Shown one piece after another: positions 1 through 14,000 of a stretch of 64,000 bases of DNA. Every line of letters starts with the position of its first letter. The first letter of the stretch is position 1. The translations under genes and the position numbers were made by a program. The notes under the pieces were generated by a model, which saw only the letters and a program-made list of their open reading frames with translations, did no database searches and was not told the origin of the DNA. The stretch is from NCBI GenBank assembly GCA_002633005.1, contig NMRA01000078.1, positions 124,001 through 188,000 on the forward strand, in the 5' to 3' direction. This stretch comes from Phoronis australis (taxonomy: Eukaryota; Animalia; Phoronida).

Positions 1-72
1 GCCGGAAATCAAATGAGACGAAATCAAAACCAACAAAGAGAAATCCTCTAAAGAGTAAAATTATAAACCTTG
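1..72 (+). mobile_element. Degenerate right end of a CAGGGCTTGGAAT-family MITE, cut by the window start
   Basis: Resembles the 3' part of the copy at 4627-4889 (GAAATCAAA...GAAATCCTCT.AAAG.GTAAAATT..AA.CC.TG). Confidence 0.55.
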
Positions 73-314
73 TTATAGTAAACTCTCATTGATTATCTTA
101 CACTGAGGAATTATGAAAATGAAAGATCTCAATCTGGCAGACATCAGAAATGGGAAGGTTACTCCACTGGACAAAAGTTCCTCAAGAGGACGTTACACCC
201 CTCATGTAAATGTTCTGGAACAACTTTGAATGGGTCCATGTCTGATGATTACAATACAACACTTGTACAACACACATTGAAAATAAAATAATCCGCATTA
301 TTGATGTTTATCAT

Positions 315-320
315 TTTATT
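315..320 (-). terminator. Candidate polyadenylation signal of VGLL4 (3' UTR about 1.5 kb)
   Basis: AATAAA on the minus strand at the end of a U/UG-rich stretch; Pumilio-type TGTATATA at 487-480. Confidence 0.4.
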
Positions 321-1792
321 AGATAAATAGAACATATTATATAATAAATATATTTACTTATTAGTACAACAATTATTACAACAACTGCACCGTAATAATT
401 AATATGTAACAATAATAACCCCGTGAACAACATTGATTTACAGTGACATTTTTATATCAAAGCCAACAACAATTATACATATATACATAAGTGTAGTACT
501 TTTGTGTAGCTTTACAAACTGCATTGTTGTTTACAAAAGCACAAAATAAATAGTGAAAAGGTCAGCAAGGTTGAACTGTATCAAAAACAAAAGTACAACT
601 TATTGTCAGTAAACATCTATGATACAACTACTACATCATGGGTTGGAACTTTCACCACTAGATGTCACTACAGTCAGTCACAACCAATGATGAAAAAAGT
701 GTGGGAAATATGTGCCACTACACGTTACCCAAATTTTTTTATTTTAAGGCTGGAACTTTATGTCAAAGGACATTTTTAACTCACTTTAAGAAACCAGCTA
801 GAATATTTGTACCACTTTCAATGTTGTCTGTCTCTCTAAAGGTAATTGCTGGTGAAAAAATTTTCACTTTGCCAGTTTTCAGGTACCTATCCTAGATATT
901 AGGACCGAGGAGGGTACAACAGTGAATGTAACATAAGAAGCGCTTTAGTTCCTCTACATTTTTGACAAAGTTTAGTAAAGGCCCATTTACTTATGACTAT
1001 TGAAGCCTTACACCACACAGTGTAATTTAACAGGGGTCCAGAGGGCCTGGTCCCCCGGTATGTCTGAAAAAAATAGCAACGGGTGTGCAACTACTTGTTT
1101 GCAATGCGTTATCAACAAGGTCAGTTTCTAGTTTTGTGTGAGACGACAGCTAAATATAAAGGGGAGTTAACTACTAATACCAGAACTGCCTGAGAGAACA
1201 AACTTACCGTCTCTTTACCCACAGGAACATTTTGGTGCAATTCAATTGAATGAGAACACCAGCACCACCTAGTGTCACTTCTACACACTATTAAACAACA
1301 AACAAACCCCAAAGAGGGGTACTCATGTTACTGGCACACCCTGCACAAAGTAAAAGTGAGGTCAACATTCAGCTGATCTACTCTCAGTCACCATTCGCCT
1401 TCAAATTTGAAAACAAGTCAGATTCTTTAACTATACGCTAATGTCATGGCTCTGCGCGAAGTCATTTGATTGTTCAGCACGAACTATCTACTGTAAAAAT
1501 TTTTCAGTTTAGGACGCAATATGGCATACAGGTGAAATTTCAGTTTGTCAAATTGCTTGACAAAAATAACACTTCAGGAAAATTTACTTTGCTTTTACCA
1601 TGGTTTGTATGGTGTAGCTATTACTAAACAACATTTGGAAAAATTTGTGCATTTGCAACAACTTGGTGGAAAGTAGGAAAATAGCGCTTTTAGCCATTTC
1701 TTTGTCCCAAATTGAAGAATTTGTACAATAAATTGGAAGGGACCTTCTAATGATATGATGATGGCAATGACCGGTCAACCAATGGGATGCGA

Positions 1793-2001
1793 CTAGGAGA
1801 GCACTGTGGGAAACTGAGCTGCCGGTGACGAAGGTTTGCGTTCTGTGTCTGCCTTGATCTGCAACCACTTATCGCCGAGCGCCTTAGTGAAGTGGTCGTC
1901 GACTGACCCAGCTAGTGACCCTGGCTCTGACGATCGTTTCTGGGCCTGTAACTCCGTCCACGTTGTTCCCAACGCTCGGGCAAAATGGTCGTCAACTGAG
2001 G
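1793..2001 (-). CDS. VGLL4: VGLL4/Tgi last coding exon (TDU motifs 2 and 3)
   Basis: SVDDHFARALG and SVDDHFTKALGDKWLQIK; TTTTCAG acceptor; TAG stop at 1795-1793. Confidence 0.93.
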
Positions 2002-5000
2002 CTGAAAACAGACACTTGTTGGTCAGTCTTGATACTGCATTTAATGTATTTTTAGAATGAAACATGGAAAGCAACCCAAAGCACAAGCCTCTTCCCGATT
2101 CCAAACCTTTTGCGTGGCTCAGTCATGACAGTTTGAAAACAGCATGGCTGCTCTTCCACCACAATAGATTTTTCTTCATTTCCTCACAAATTACAGGGCT
2201 TGGAATGACCAATAACAAAAAAGAGGAAAATTTTCCATGTGACACTTTGTTCCACAAATAGGCTAGTGCGATAGAAATTTTTTGTGTTGTGAAACAAACG
2301 TTTTTGCCTGAATAATTTCAAAATAATGATAAAAAAGACGAAAAAAGAGGAAACTGAAAACCAAATAAAAGGAAATCAAATTAAAAAGGAAATCGTCATA
2401 AAAGAAGTAAATTCCAAGCCCTGAAGTTATCGCATAACATAATATCTTTTCAGACTTATGTTCATTTGGTCACGTGAGGTGACCAACAGGTGGCGTACAG
2501 ACCAGACTTAAAATGATTTGCGATCTATATTCCCATGCAGTTCATGATTTACATAATCGCATATATTAAATTATACACGTCACTGAAACAAAATATCAAA
2601 ATCGAGGTAGGCACTGCTAATGCATTGAAAAAATTAACTGCTGTGCCATCTGTTACTACGGTTACAGACTCAGCTTAAACAATGTGTGTCACAATAGTAT
2701 GCGATGTTACGGTAATCTCTTTTGAACTGTGAACACAGACTAATTGCAAACACTCCATTTTTCCAAGTCTGAACCATTGTGAAAAAACTCAAATTTTTTC
2801 TCAAGTTTTATTTTATCATAACTGTACAACACAAATCCTGCTCTTGATGAACTAAAAATTTTCCGACATTTACTTTCGTTGAGGAAACTTGTTAAAATAA
2901 AATTTCAGGTGTCCACCATGTTGTGAACCAAACTGAAGAGCATTTACCGTATCTTATTTGAACCAAAGTGACCTCACCTGTTTGAAGGACATTTAACATC
3001 TTTGACGCAGGACTGGGCGTCCGGCAGTGTGTGGGTGATGGTGAAGAGCGTGGGGATGTTTGTGACGCCGATGACAGGCATTCTGGGTAATTCTTGCCCA
3101 GCGACCTTCTGAAGTGTTCGTCTATGGCAGGGTCTGAGATCACGACTGTAAAGCAAGATCAAGAGAAACGATGAAAAACAAGCCAATGGAACAATACCAG
3201 GCGTTCAAAGATTATCAATGCCTACTATATGTTTCAGGGCTTGGCATGACCAATGACAAAAAAAGCGGAAACTTTTACGGCCTAAAACATGCGCGCTACC
3301 CAGCCTTGAAATAGTCGATGTGAACCCATCAGTGGCATGCGTCTGCGTCTTTTTATCTCGTCCATCCACTCCTCCACTCCCACCCCCACACATTTTTGGC
3401 TGCAGAGCCGTAGTATTTGTCACTGCGGTTTACAATCACACGAGTCGCCATTGAAAATCCCACCACACTATCCCAGATGCCCCGGCAATGTTGACAATTT
3501 ACGTTCCTCCGAAACATAAAGAGCAACTTCCGTTTTTCGAAGTGAACGTCGTCGGCAATGCCGCGGTAAGAAACGAATTTGCCGCAGAAATTTTACATCA
3601 AATCCGATTTTTTTTTACGCGGAAATATAATAAAATGCGCGGACAGAACATTTGAAAAAAGCGGAAATCCGCGTTTCCGCGGAAAATTCCAAGCCCTGAT
3701 GTTTTCTAATTAGTTTTACTTAATTATCATGGAACCTGACTCTTTATCTTCAGATATCAAAACCAGAATTTCTTTGTTAATTAGTGAGCTTGTGGAACTC
3801 AAACAATCACAAGTTTTCATGCTGTGTTGATAAGAACATGACCTCGGACGTATCACGTGACCATCTGCTACGTAACCCACGATGAGGAAGTCCTTTTTTG
3901 ATCAAGTCAGTGAATTTGTATTTAGAATTCCAATTACTGGTTCCTTAAATGTTTATAAAAAATCAGGGTTACACAAAAGCATAATTTGATTGACGACAAT
4001 GAGATTACATCACGTGTCACTATATGCGTATTGAAAAATGCATTCGATTTCATGCAACAACCACTCTAGCCGATAACCTTTGACCCCTTAAAAAGTTTTA
4101 TGTGACTCAAACCAGAGATTTCTCGTCCAAGTCACCTCTGCAAGGGCAAGTTTTCTTAATCTCTGCACACTGGCGGTGGCCATATGTAAATGTCTCAGCA
4201 TTAAGCACAAAATGGCATTCTTCAAATTACCAAATTTTGGAATGGATTATCAAAATAGCTGTAATTTTTGTGACCTAAGAAATGTCACTCGATATTTTTA
4301 GTACGCAAAACTAAATTTAGTGCCTCTTTAAAATCGGTTGACTGGGTCAAGTTTAATCCAACATCAATAGATCAGACATGAAGATTCGAATATCAGCTGT
4401 TACAAAGATAATCTAACATCACTGTAAACCATAGATAAAAATCATCAACGCAACTGGATTACTTAGAAGCCTGTTGTTGAAAGGGTTACTTAAAAAAAAG
4501 TTGATGATGATTATAGGCAAATAAGTTTCGTAAGACCTTTGCCATAAAAGTAATTTCACGGTTATGTTATTGATGTAGATAAAAATTCTTAGTGTGATGT
4601 TGTCATGCCTTGTTCACATTTTAACACAGGGCTTGGAATGACCAACGACAAAAAAGAGGAAAATTTTCCAGGTGATGTATCGTTCCGCACATTGACTTGT
4701 GTAATAGAAATAACTTCTGTGTTGTAAATTTTAACTGAAATAAACGTTTTTGCACGATTGAAGTCAAAATAATTATGAAAAAGAGATGTAAAAGAGGAAA
4801 CTGAAAATCAAATTAGAAGAAATCAAATTAAAGGAAATCGAAACGAAAAAAGAGGAAATCCTCTTAAAAGTGTAAAATTCCAAGCCCTAATAACAACTAT
4901 GTATTATTGTACTAAGGTGATGTAGGACCATATAACGTCCAATTTTGGAAATCAGAAATGGCCGATCATACTCATGCGACGTTATCAGATACTATCCTTC

Positions 5001-8000
5001 ATGCACTGTTCTGCAAAATTCAGTTACAAATTGTTTTTAAACTGTTCCACTTTTGCACATGGGGCTATCATAAATAGAACTGATACTATTTTTATGAAAA
5101 ACTATAAAGTTGCATGAAACGAAAATGAAACGAAAAGTTTAAAAAGTGACAGTGTTGTTGAGATTTTGTATTGAACATTTATATCATAAAAAATATGCTC
5201 ACGTTATTGATACTTCTACTTTGTTACGAATGTACCGCTAATTTTTGCTCATTGTTTTCTAAAAAAGCCACGTGACATAATTATTGGAAGACTGACTTTA
5301 AGTCAAAAATGAAATTTTAATGAATTCCTACGTTCAGAAAATAGATATTTGGCAAAACGTACAATCTTATCCACAAGATCCCACATAAACGTAATGGTTT
5401 CACCCAGCCAGTAACTTTTACATCAATACACCCCCAGCCTAACTGTCTCCGCCCACTGATGAGGCTAGCAACACTTAGCTATGTTTGGAATGTTTTGAGC
5501 TCCACCAAAAATAGCTGGCGCATACCCAGAGGCACCAGGCTGGCCATCAACAGGATGCAGTAATTATGTTTCCCACTGGTCAAAATGCCTTTCGTTTGAT
5601 GACCAAAGACAACTTTTTTAATACCAGTTGCATGCCTACTGTGCCCTCACCAAGGCCAGGGGTACTATTACTACGGTATTGATGGGGTACTATTACTATT
5701 GATAAGTCAAAGGATACCACACACCAAGGCTTAGGGGTATTCAAAATCACTTCAGAAGTTATGAAGAATTTTAAGACATGAAATTATCTTATAATAGTGA
5801 AAAGTCAAGTGCATTTTTGTTTCTGACCTAGACAAGAATGCAGACCGAAATGATAAGTCGGGTTATGTCAAAACGTGCTTATGTTACAGAGCACAGAGAA
5901 CAATTCCGCTAGCTTCCTTGAGCCAGTTGTTTTCTTTTCACGCTCACTTCTGTATATCTATAGGTTAAAAACAACAACTCATAACCTTCTTCAGGTGTAA
6001 TCCATCAGAAAAAGCACCCATTTTATTCTAAACAAACTACACAATTAAGGCATACACTTTTGCTAAGAAGTTTTGACATAAGTTTGTCCCTACGTCAGAA
6101 CTCGTTCTAAAGACCTGGGGTATGTTTTATGAATACTGACCTTTACAAGTCAGAAATTTGGTCTTACGCTCCACACATCTATTTCTGAAAAATAATCAAA
6201 TCTCACTTGGGCATAAGTTTCTAAGCTAATCTCTACAAATTAATTCTAGACTACGATGCGTTCATAATTACTCGGTTAAACCTTTATTCACCAATTGGGA
6301 AGTGGGAGGGTAAGACCAAATTTCCGTCTTAAGTCGCAATTTTCATGAAAGAGTACCCTTGTGGATGAAGACGTCAATAAAACAACTCACCCCATACCTG
6401 CGATTTAAATAAATCTATCTTCTTATGCCAGACTTAATATGCATTCACACTGACAGTTAGCACTGTGCAAGCTGTCCCAGAAACAAGATGTTCCAGAAAA
6501 AAGTGACCATGTCGAAAAAAGTTAAACTGGCAAAACTTGATACCAGTGTAACAACTTACCTTACCTCCAAGAGGTGGGTAAAATGCGAACAATCACCTTG
6601 TCCGAATGCAAGTGCTCAGCCCAAGTCTTTTCACTCTCATGGTGCCCATGCAGAGTGATTTTCGTCGAACGTTAGAAAACAACACAGTCTCTTTAATGTA
6701 CACGTGTAACATACCTGTTGTGATCTCCCTGCGGTTTGTTGCACTTGTGTTATTTGTCGATGCCGCACAAATCACCGACGGTCTCTGTGATTGGCTGAGG
6801 TTGAGGGGTGATGTCTGGCTGCAGTGATTCAGCACTCTGCCATTCTCCCAGCCTGTAGGAGTTCTAGAGTGCAGAAACAAAAAAAAAAACACGCATAAAA
6901 GCTGCTTGTTGGATTTTACAGGATTGACAATATAACAGACTGTGAATACATTAGGGCTGTTCCAGCAAAATCTGTATGGGAGGGGGGGAAGGCAACTGAA
7001 ATAAAAATTTATGGGTGGTTGAGTTTGATTTAAATTCAAAATGGCTGGTGGTCGTACTTCAAAAAAATTAAAATTTACAGGTCGTTGTTGTTTCATTGGG
7101 CCATAAATGTTTGATGGTGGGTAATTTTAGTAAATTTTATAAACAATCCGCACAGAATCAAAAACTGAAACAAAAATGCAACTTGCAAAAAGCTCCGACT
7201 TTTTCACTCACTCTGATCTCCTCATCGGCATGCCCAAAACACCATTTAACCACAGGTGCTCGAATTTCTCGATGGCTAATAACAATATATAAGAAACATA
7301 TGCTTTCTTAGTAATGAATGACATTAGTGGTGATGGAGGAACAGATAAACTCAAGCGCCTGTGCAGTCAACCACAAGAACAAAAAAAGAAATTATGGGTG
7401 GTTGCATTTCAAACTTATAAAAAATTACGGGTGGTAGGCTGAAGAAATAAATGAAAAATATGGGTGGTGGGTGCGAAAAAAAAGGTGCCTTCCCCCCCTC
7501 CCATACAGATTTTACTGGAACAGCCCTTAGTAAAGTATGAATAATTGACCATATGAAATGTATGATAGAAAAACAGCTTGACACCAGCTACGAATCATAT
7601 CATTAAACCATATACTTTTATTGGTAATAATCCCACAATACAACTGTGTGTTATAACCGGTGTTGCCCAGGAATCACCCTCCTATTAACAATATTTATTG
7701 CATAGTAGAGACCTGGATCAAAATTCTGAAATTGCAAAGAGGTCTACGTCAGATCAGACACGCATACCTGAGTAAATGTGCTGAAAAATAACGAACAAAA
7801 AACAGCCAGCATACTTTCAAGCTATCCGCTACATAATGCTATATTACTGCACTGAATACTTAACGGACAATATCCGTTAAGCCGTTATTCATTACTTGCA
7901 CAGTTGGGTGGCGCTGCAAAAAATGATTGTTGTGCATTGTTGTTTAGGACACAATGCCTGTTTTAGCATCAATTTGAACAATGCAAACTTGAAAGCGTAT

Positions 8001-11000
8001 GTTCCAAACAAGCTGAACCATTTGTAGTTTGCACACAACACCTCGTTTTCAAGCATAATGGCGGAATTTGTGCAGACAGTGAATAAACCATGTTCTAGCA
8101 TCCAAAGCAACTTTCCCAGCTCAGGCAGGTTTATTCTTCCAAAATGGCATCATTACTAGCTGTCTTAACACCGGAACACATTTAAAAATAAAATTGAGAA
8201 TAAGATCGGAGATGAAGTTCATTTGAAAATATGTGCATGTCTGTCAGATTCATAAAAAACAACATGTGTCTCATAGCAAAACAGTAAAATGATAGCATAG
8301 TTACATGGAGTCAACTAGTGCTGAACGCTTGTGACACATGTCCAAAAATCACGTGATAAAAACAGGAAGTTGTTAATGGTATGTCCTTCAACCAAGAGCA
8401 ATGGACATTTTCTGCTAACGGCATACTTCAGGATGTCATTGGACTCGTATTTGACACTTGTAGTGCATGATACATTTGAGGGTTTTCATGAAAAGGGAAG
8501 ATTATTTTGAACAGGAAGAGGTCTTGATCTGAGCAACAAATTGACATTTTTCACAAGTGAGTAAATTTGTTGGCAGCCACGTGAGTGGTGACAAGAAAAC
8601 AAAGATGATACCCTACGGCAGCAATATTTTTGTGATTAAAAATATAAATTATAAAAATATAAATAAATTTGTTAAAATAAACCTATCAGCCTATTAGACA
8701 AATGTGTGAATTGAAATTGAGAGACACCCATTGAGTACAATAATTCTTCAGAATACAGCCAAAATGCACCTCAGTTTACATCACCTAAATTTACATGGCA
8801 AATTTCTCAACAAAGTATTTATTTAAAATGTTCTACCTCGTTCGCACATAGACCGTATCGTAGTTGCCTCACAGCAAACTTCTGGATTATTAATAGGTAA
8901 AATAATTATGTTTTGAAAATCAAAACACCAAAAATTTCTTTTAATAATTCATGTATTGAAAATCAAATAACCTGGAAATTTGTTTTAATAATTATTATTT
9001 ACAAAATTTGCTTGCTTATATCCAAAGACATGAATTTTATTTGAAAATAACAAATTTTGTAATTTACAAGATTAATACAAACTGCGATTATCTCATGAAG
9101 AAAGATGTATGCAGTTATCAACATTTTGGCAAACCTCTCCCCACATGATATGGCAGACATTTAGAATATTGTTTTGCCAACTTTCTCAAAAAAATTCAAG
9201 AAAACATGGACTTCATCACAAGGTTGGACTATACTATAGTTAAAGTGTGAGCATTTTATCTTTGTAATGAGCATTTGAAAAACGAAAAATTTTAAAAATT
9301 GTTAATTTCAGCTATTCTTTGGTCGCAAAACTGAAAAAGGATTATTTTAGGAATGGTTATGCGAGGGTGAAAACTGTGCAAAGAAAGGGGGATTACTTAC
9401 GTTTGTGTTCCAGCGCATTTTTTAGTGGAATACAGTCCCTGCCTGTTGTGGATTCTTTTGTATTTCTGTGTCTTTGTTGGTAGTTCTTTTACTGGAGATT
9501 CCTTCATACCGTCCGTCAGACTGCCGAGTTTGACTAGAATGAAAAGCAAGAGTTTTTATATTTGGCTAAAACAAGAACACGAATTTGCACTTTTTCATGA
9601 TGGCCTGAAACAAATCATACATAAATTATTTATCAACAGGATCATAAAAGTTATGGCGAATAAAAATCCCAGAAAGAAACAACCCGAAAAAACAACAAAT
9701 TGTTTTGTAAAATGGGCATAAATTTTTTTTTTCGAAATTTTGCACACCAGAAGAAGTTTTGTTTACTTTCTTGAAAACCACTACACACACAGATTCACAA
9801 TGGCACCCTGAGACATATGGCAGATTTGCATTTCAAATGAAAATTTTGAAAATGAAATTACGTTTGACAGAGTCAAAAAATCAAATTTACGAAACAAAAA
9901 AAATCAAATTTACGAGACAAATACCTCCCAGAAACTCTACAGATGCCAGTACTGAGCAAGAAATTAATCCCAGAAATGCGAAGGCGGTTTGTGGTATGTA
10001 CACTTGAAAGGTCAAAGCAGGTCTAAATTATGCCACTTCATAAGTTGACCAGGTGTTTTTAAAACCAGCTGTCAAACACAACACTGATGCAGTTCGACTG
10101 GACAAAATGCTAGAACAACATTGAGCTAAAAAGCTACCTTACTGACTGTGAACATTTGCCAAGATCATTCCTTAATACCAAAATGGCATATACTTGGTTC
10201 CTGAATAAATTCATCAGGCTACTGTGGCACCTTCAAAAATTTATGCAAGACTATGATTGACAAAGCAATACGCCCACCAACAGCCAAACATTCTAGGAAC
10301 AACATTCTCGACTACTAAAACCCACTGTAAAGATGCCTGAAGAATTTCTGAGCCTTGCCCATCAGCTTGATATCCTACAGTCAAATATCCAATAGAATTC
10401 TATTACATCTCCACACACTCACATAAGTTCGATTTTCGCTTAACCTAGACAAACTTTCGTGGACCACTCATTTTTGTTCGTGCACCAAGCCCGGAAGAGA
10501 AGTCAAAAAAAACTCTCTTCTCACAAAATGTTTTTCGCTCTGGTTTAATCCAACTTCTGTATGTTTTACTGCGGCACTGTAGCACGTAGTACCACTGTGT
10601 ACACTCTAGGTGTGTGAATATCAACCATCTGTCCCTGTCGGCCAACAACAGTGTCAACAAGAACAAAAAGACGCCATCTGTTGTGTCATACTCTGTCAAC
10701 TTCATTCTACAACTCAAACAATGGGCTCGCCAGCCACCTGCTGTTATGCCACTGAATTAGGAAAGTGTTCCTATACAAAGGCATGGATTGAAAATACGAA
10801 GAATGATAATGACCAATCGGAGTCGCACACTTAAGAATTAATTAGCTGCCAGAAGGATTTATTTTGGTATCAGTGCAATCCCCCCCCCTCTCCCGAACAA
10901 TTGCCATGAGCCCAGGTACTTGCATGTCACACGAGTGCCAACACGGACCTGATGTCCCAACATACAGGGAACCTGTTGTCCTCATCTACACAGACTTAGT

Positions 11001-14000
11001 GCCCCTACAAGGACTCCCTACCTTGACTGTACCATGACGGCCAGGTCCCAGGGGTCGTCATCACCTGATACAACGACTGTGTCATCCTTAACCAAAGATC
11101 TAATACAGGAAATTTAAAAGGCTAAGTTCGACTCCACGATCTCTGTCTAGTAGTACCACCAATAATTCCACTACCTGACTATCTCAGTATGTCTGCGGTT
11201 ATATATAGACCTGTTTACTTAATGTACCACTTTGGAATGCATGGAATTTAACTCATGTCTGGAATGAGGTGTCTGCTTACAGGGGACGTCTCAAAACAAA
11301 TTGTAAATAGCATACCATATCACAAGCATTCCAGGCTGATTTTCTTCAGAGGGGTCAAATCCAAACTCGAAATGTACAATGTCAACATAATTAACAGGCA
11401 TTCCAAACTGGGATATTGTCAGTTAGCATACCAGGTGTTTTTAAGGTCCATTGTCAAAGAAGAAAGGATAGGACTTTCAATAGAATAGATTAGGACTCCA
11501 GAACAAAGAAAATAGATTGCACAAAGAAGAACGAAAAATAACTCCAGACACTAAATTTAACACAGCCACCATTCTGCTATTTCTGACAAATAATCGTCAA
11601 ACTTATCATTTTCCATTTGTCAAAAGCTGATTATTTTGCAGCAAACAAAAGTTTTTTCTACATACACACAATGCAATCCACGCAAGCGATAAATAAAAAT
11701 TTTCTTAATCTTTATTTTTGTCAAGAAATTGGACAAAACAGAATTTCTCTTGTCGGCCATATTGAGTGCATATACGTGAAGAGTTAAAGTATGCTATCAT
11801 TCAGTCACTATAGCTTCGAGGTTAATGGCGAGACTTCAAGGTTAATATCTAGACTACGCCCCTTGTGCCCTGGGACACAAAACTCATTAGTGAGATGACA
11901 TCACTAATAGTTACTGTACTGAAGTCTAATCAATAACTACTTTCAGTAAGGTGATTTTGAAAATTCAACCATGGGACAGTGCCACACATAGCTGTCAATA
12001 TTCGAAAATGAAAAGCGGAAAATCTAAAACGTAACGGTCAAAAGTATGCCGCAATACCAAGAACTGCTTTTTTCTTTTTCTAGTTGTGGCTTTCAAGTGG
12101 AACGGAAAAACCGAGGGTTACTCAATAAAATTTCGCTTCATGAGACTAAAAGCGAAATGTTTGCTGGTATGGCAGGATGTGGGACACAGCTTCAACAAGG
12201 GCAATGTGAAGCCTTGATACCCACAATTCACTGCAAATGGTATGTTTCTAGAGATACTTGTTAATTTAACCACCAGGGGTAGCTGCAATAGTCAGATGTG
12301 ACAAAGTGTTGTTATGCCACACCTTATAAAACTAACATCAAATTAAGAAGTTGGCAACAAAGAAATAAAACAATTTGCAAGTCTCAACCCTACTTTACAT
12401 AAAGAACAATCATGAGGTTTAACAGATACAAAGACATACACAAAACTGATAGATGCCGTCCACTCCAAAATGGAACAACCACTAGGAGGAGCTGCAATAG
12501 TCAAATCTGCCCATGAAATCTGTCAATTGCTTTTCTAAATATTACCTTTAAATTTAGGAAACTTAATTTCATTTGTAAGCTTCGAAACAAGAAACACAAC
12601 TACACGCTTGGCACCATTTACTTGTAGAGTGTTGTGAACCTGTAAAAAGTTTGAATTTCCCGGTTTTACTACAAGTGTCTAAGAGCTAGAAGCACTGCTA
12701 TTGAAATGAAAAATTTAAGGTCTGATCCTGGAATAAGAAAGATGACATTGTTTCAAGTTTTGAAAATAGCATTTGCATATAATTGTTAGACTTGCCATTA
12801 ATTGTTTCAAACCATAAACAAGTAATAATATGCATTGTTTTGTATGGTAAATATAACATTTTCGTGAACAGAAGACAATGCAATGCCGTCCCCATGTAAG
12901 AAAACTTTGAAACAGGAATTGTGATACTTGTTCTGTGGTATGCTCACCCCAAACCTGTAGAAAGCATTTAATTTATTCCATGCTTCAAAAGTTAGTAGCA
13001 AAAATATGCTTGCGAAATTAAAAGACTTTAACCAGACCAATGACAGACATGAACAACCCACATCAAATCTCCAATCTCTAACTAAAGGATTTCTCAACGA
13101 CATGAAAAATAGTAAGACTGACCTCATTTGTAAAATGTCAGGCACTTCTAAGAAATGCTGAACAAGCAAAGCATTGCATTTCCAGATATTTATTCAATTT
13201 ATCAACTGTCTTGAAGTGAGTATTGTCCCTAACTTATCGATCCCATTCCTTTACTATGGACGCATATTTAATGAGGCAATTTTTGAAAAACATGTTTGAG
13301 AGGAAAATTAAGTTGGATTCTCTTCTGTTAAAAGTTTTTATAAGCCAAAAGAAATGAGCAACTAACACTGAAAAAACTAAAAAAGCTAAATGCATACTTC
13401 AAGCCATTTAAGACTTCGTTCTTTTAAACTAAAATTTAAAATGATATCAGGTTACGAAACTGATGCCTTCATTGTCCGAAATACAAAAAAAACGAAGAAA
13501 GCAACAATGATACATTTGAGAACTATGTACTTCCAACACTACTCACAGCCCCATCTGGTGGTGTGATTTAATAAGAACTGAGCTTGTGCACAGAAAACAC
13601 ATAAATTCCCCATTACAGGGGAAGGTATGCCTAATATGACAACCATTTTGGGCATGCGCTATTTAGAGAAAGACTCATATGTGAAAAGATGGAATGTGTA
13701 ATACAAGTATTGTACAAATTTACCAAATAAACTACAGCAGGAAGTCTTGTGAGGCCACAAAAAGACCATTCCCTGGACCCAATTTCTAATTCTGATATTC
13801 AAGATGGGGATGTCAACAGGAATGGAACTTGAGAGACGGCCAATTTGCGCATGAATTATTTGAAAAATCCCACCCCAAAACAGTGTGACAACATGATTGT
13901 CCTAAGAGGATTATATAAAAATCGGACAATAAATTTCCATGAAAGAATGCAGAACAACAACTCTAACAGAATCTAATGCCTGGCATGTTTCATCATGTCG

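Noticed and set aside
6864-7096. 5' part of ORF 6593..7096 containing PPLPY, a possible PPxY-like motif for VGLL4
   Set aside because: Lies in the intron and the Harbinger MITE TIR, upstream of the real acceptor at 6864
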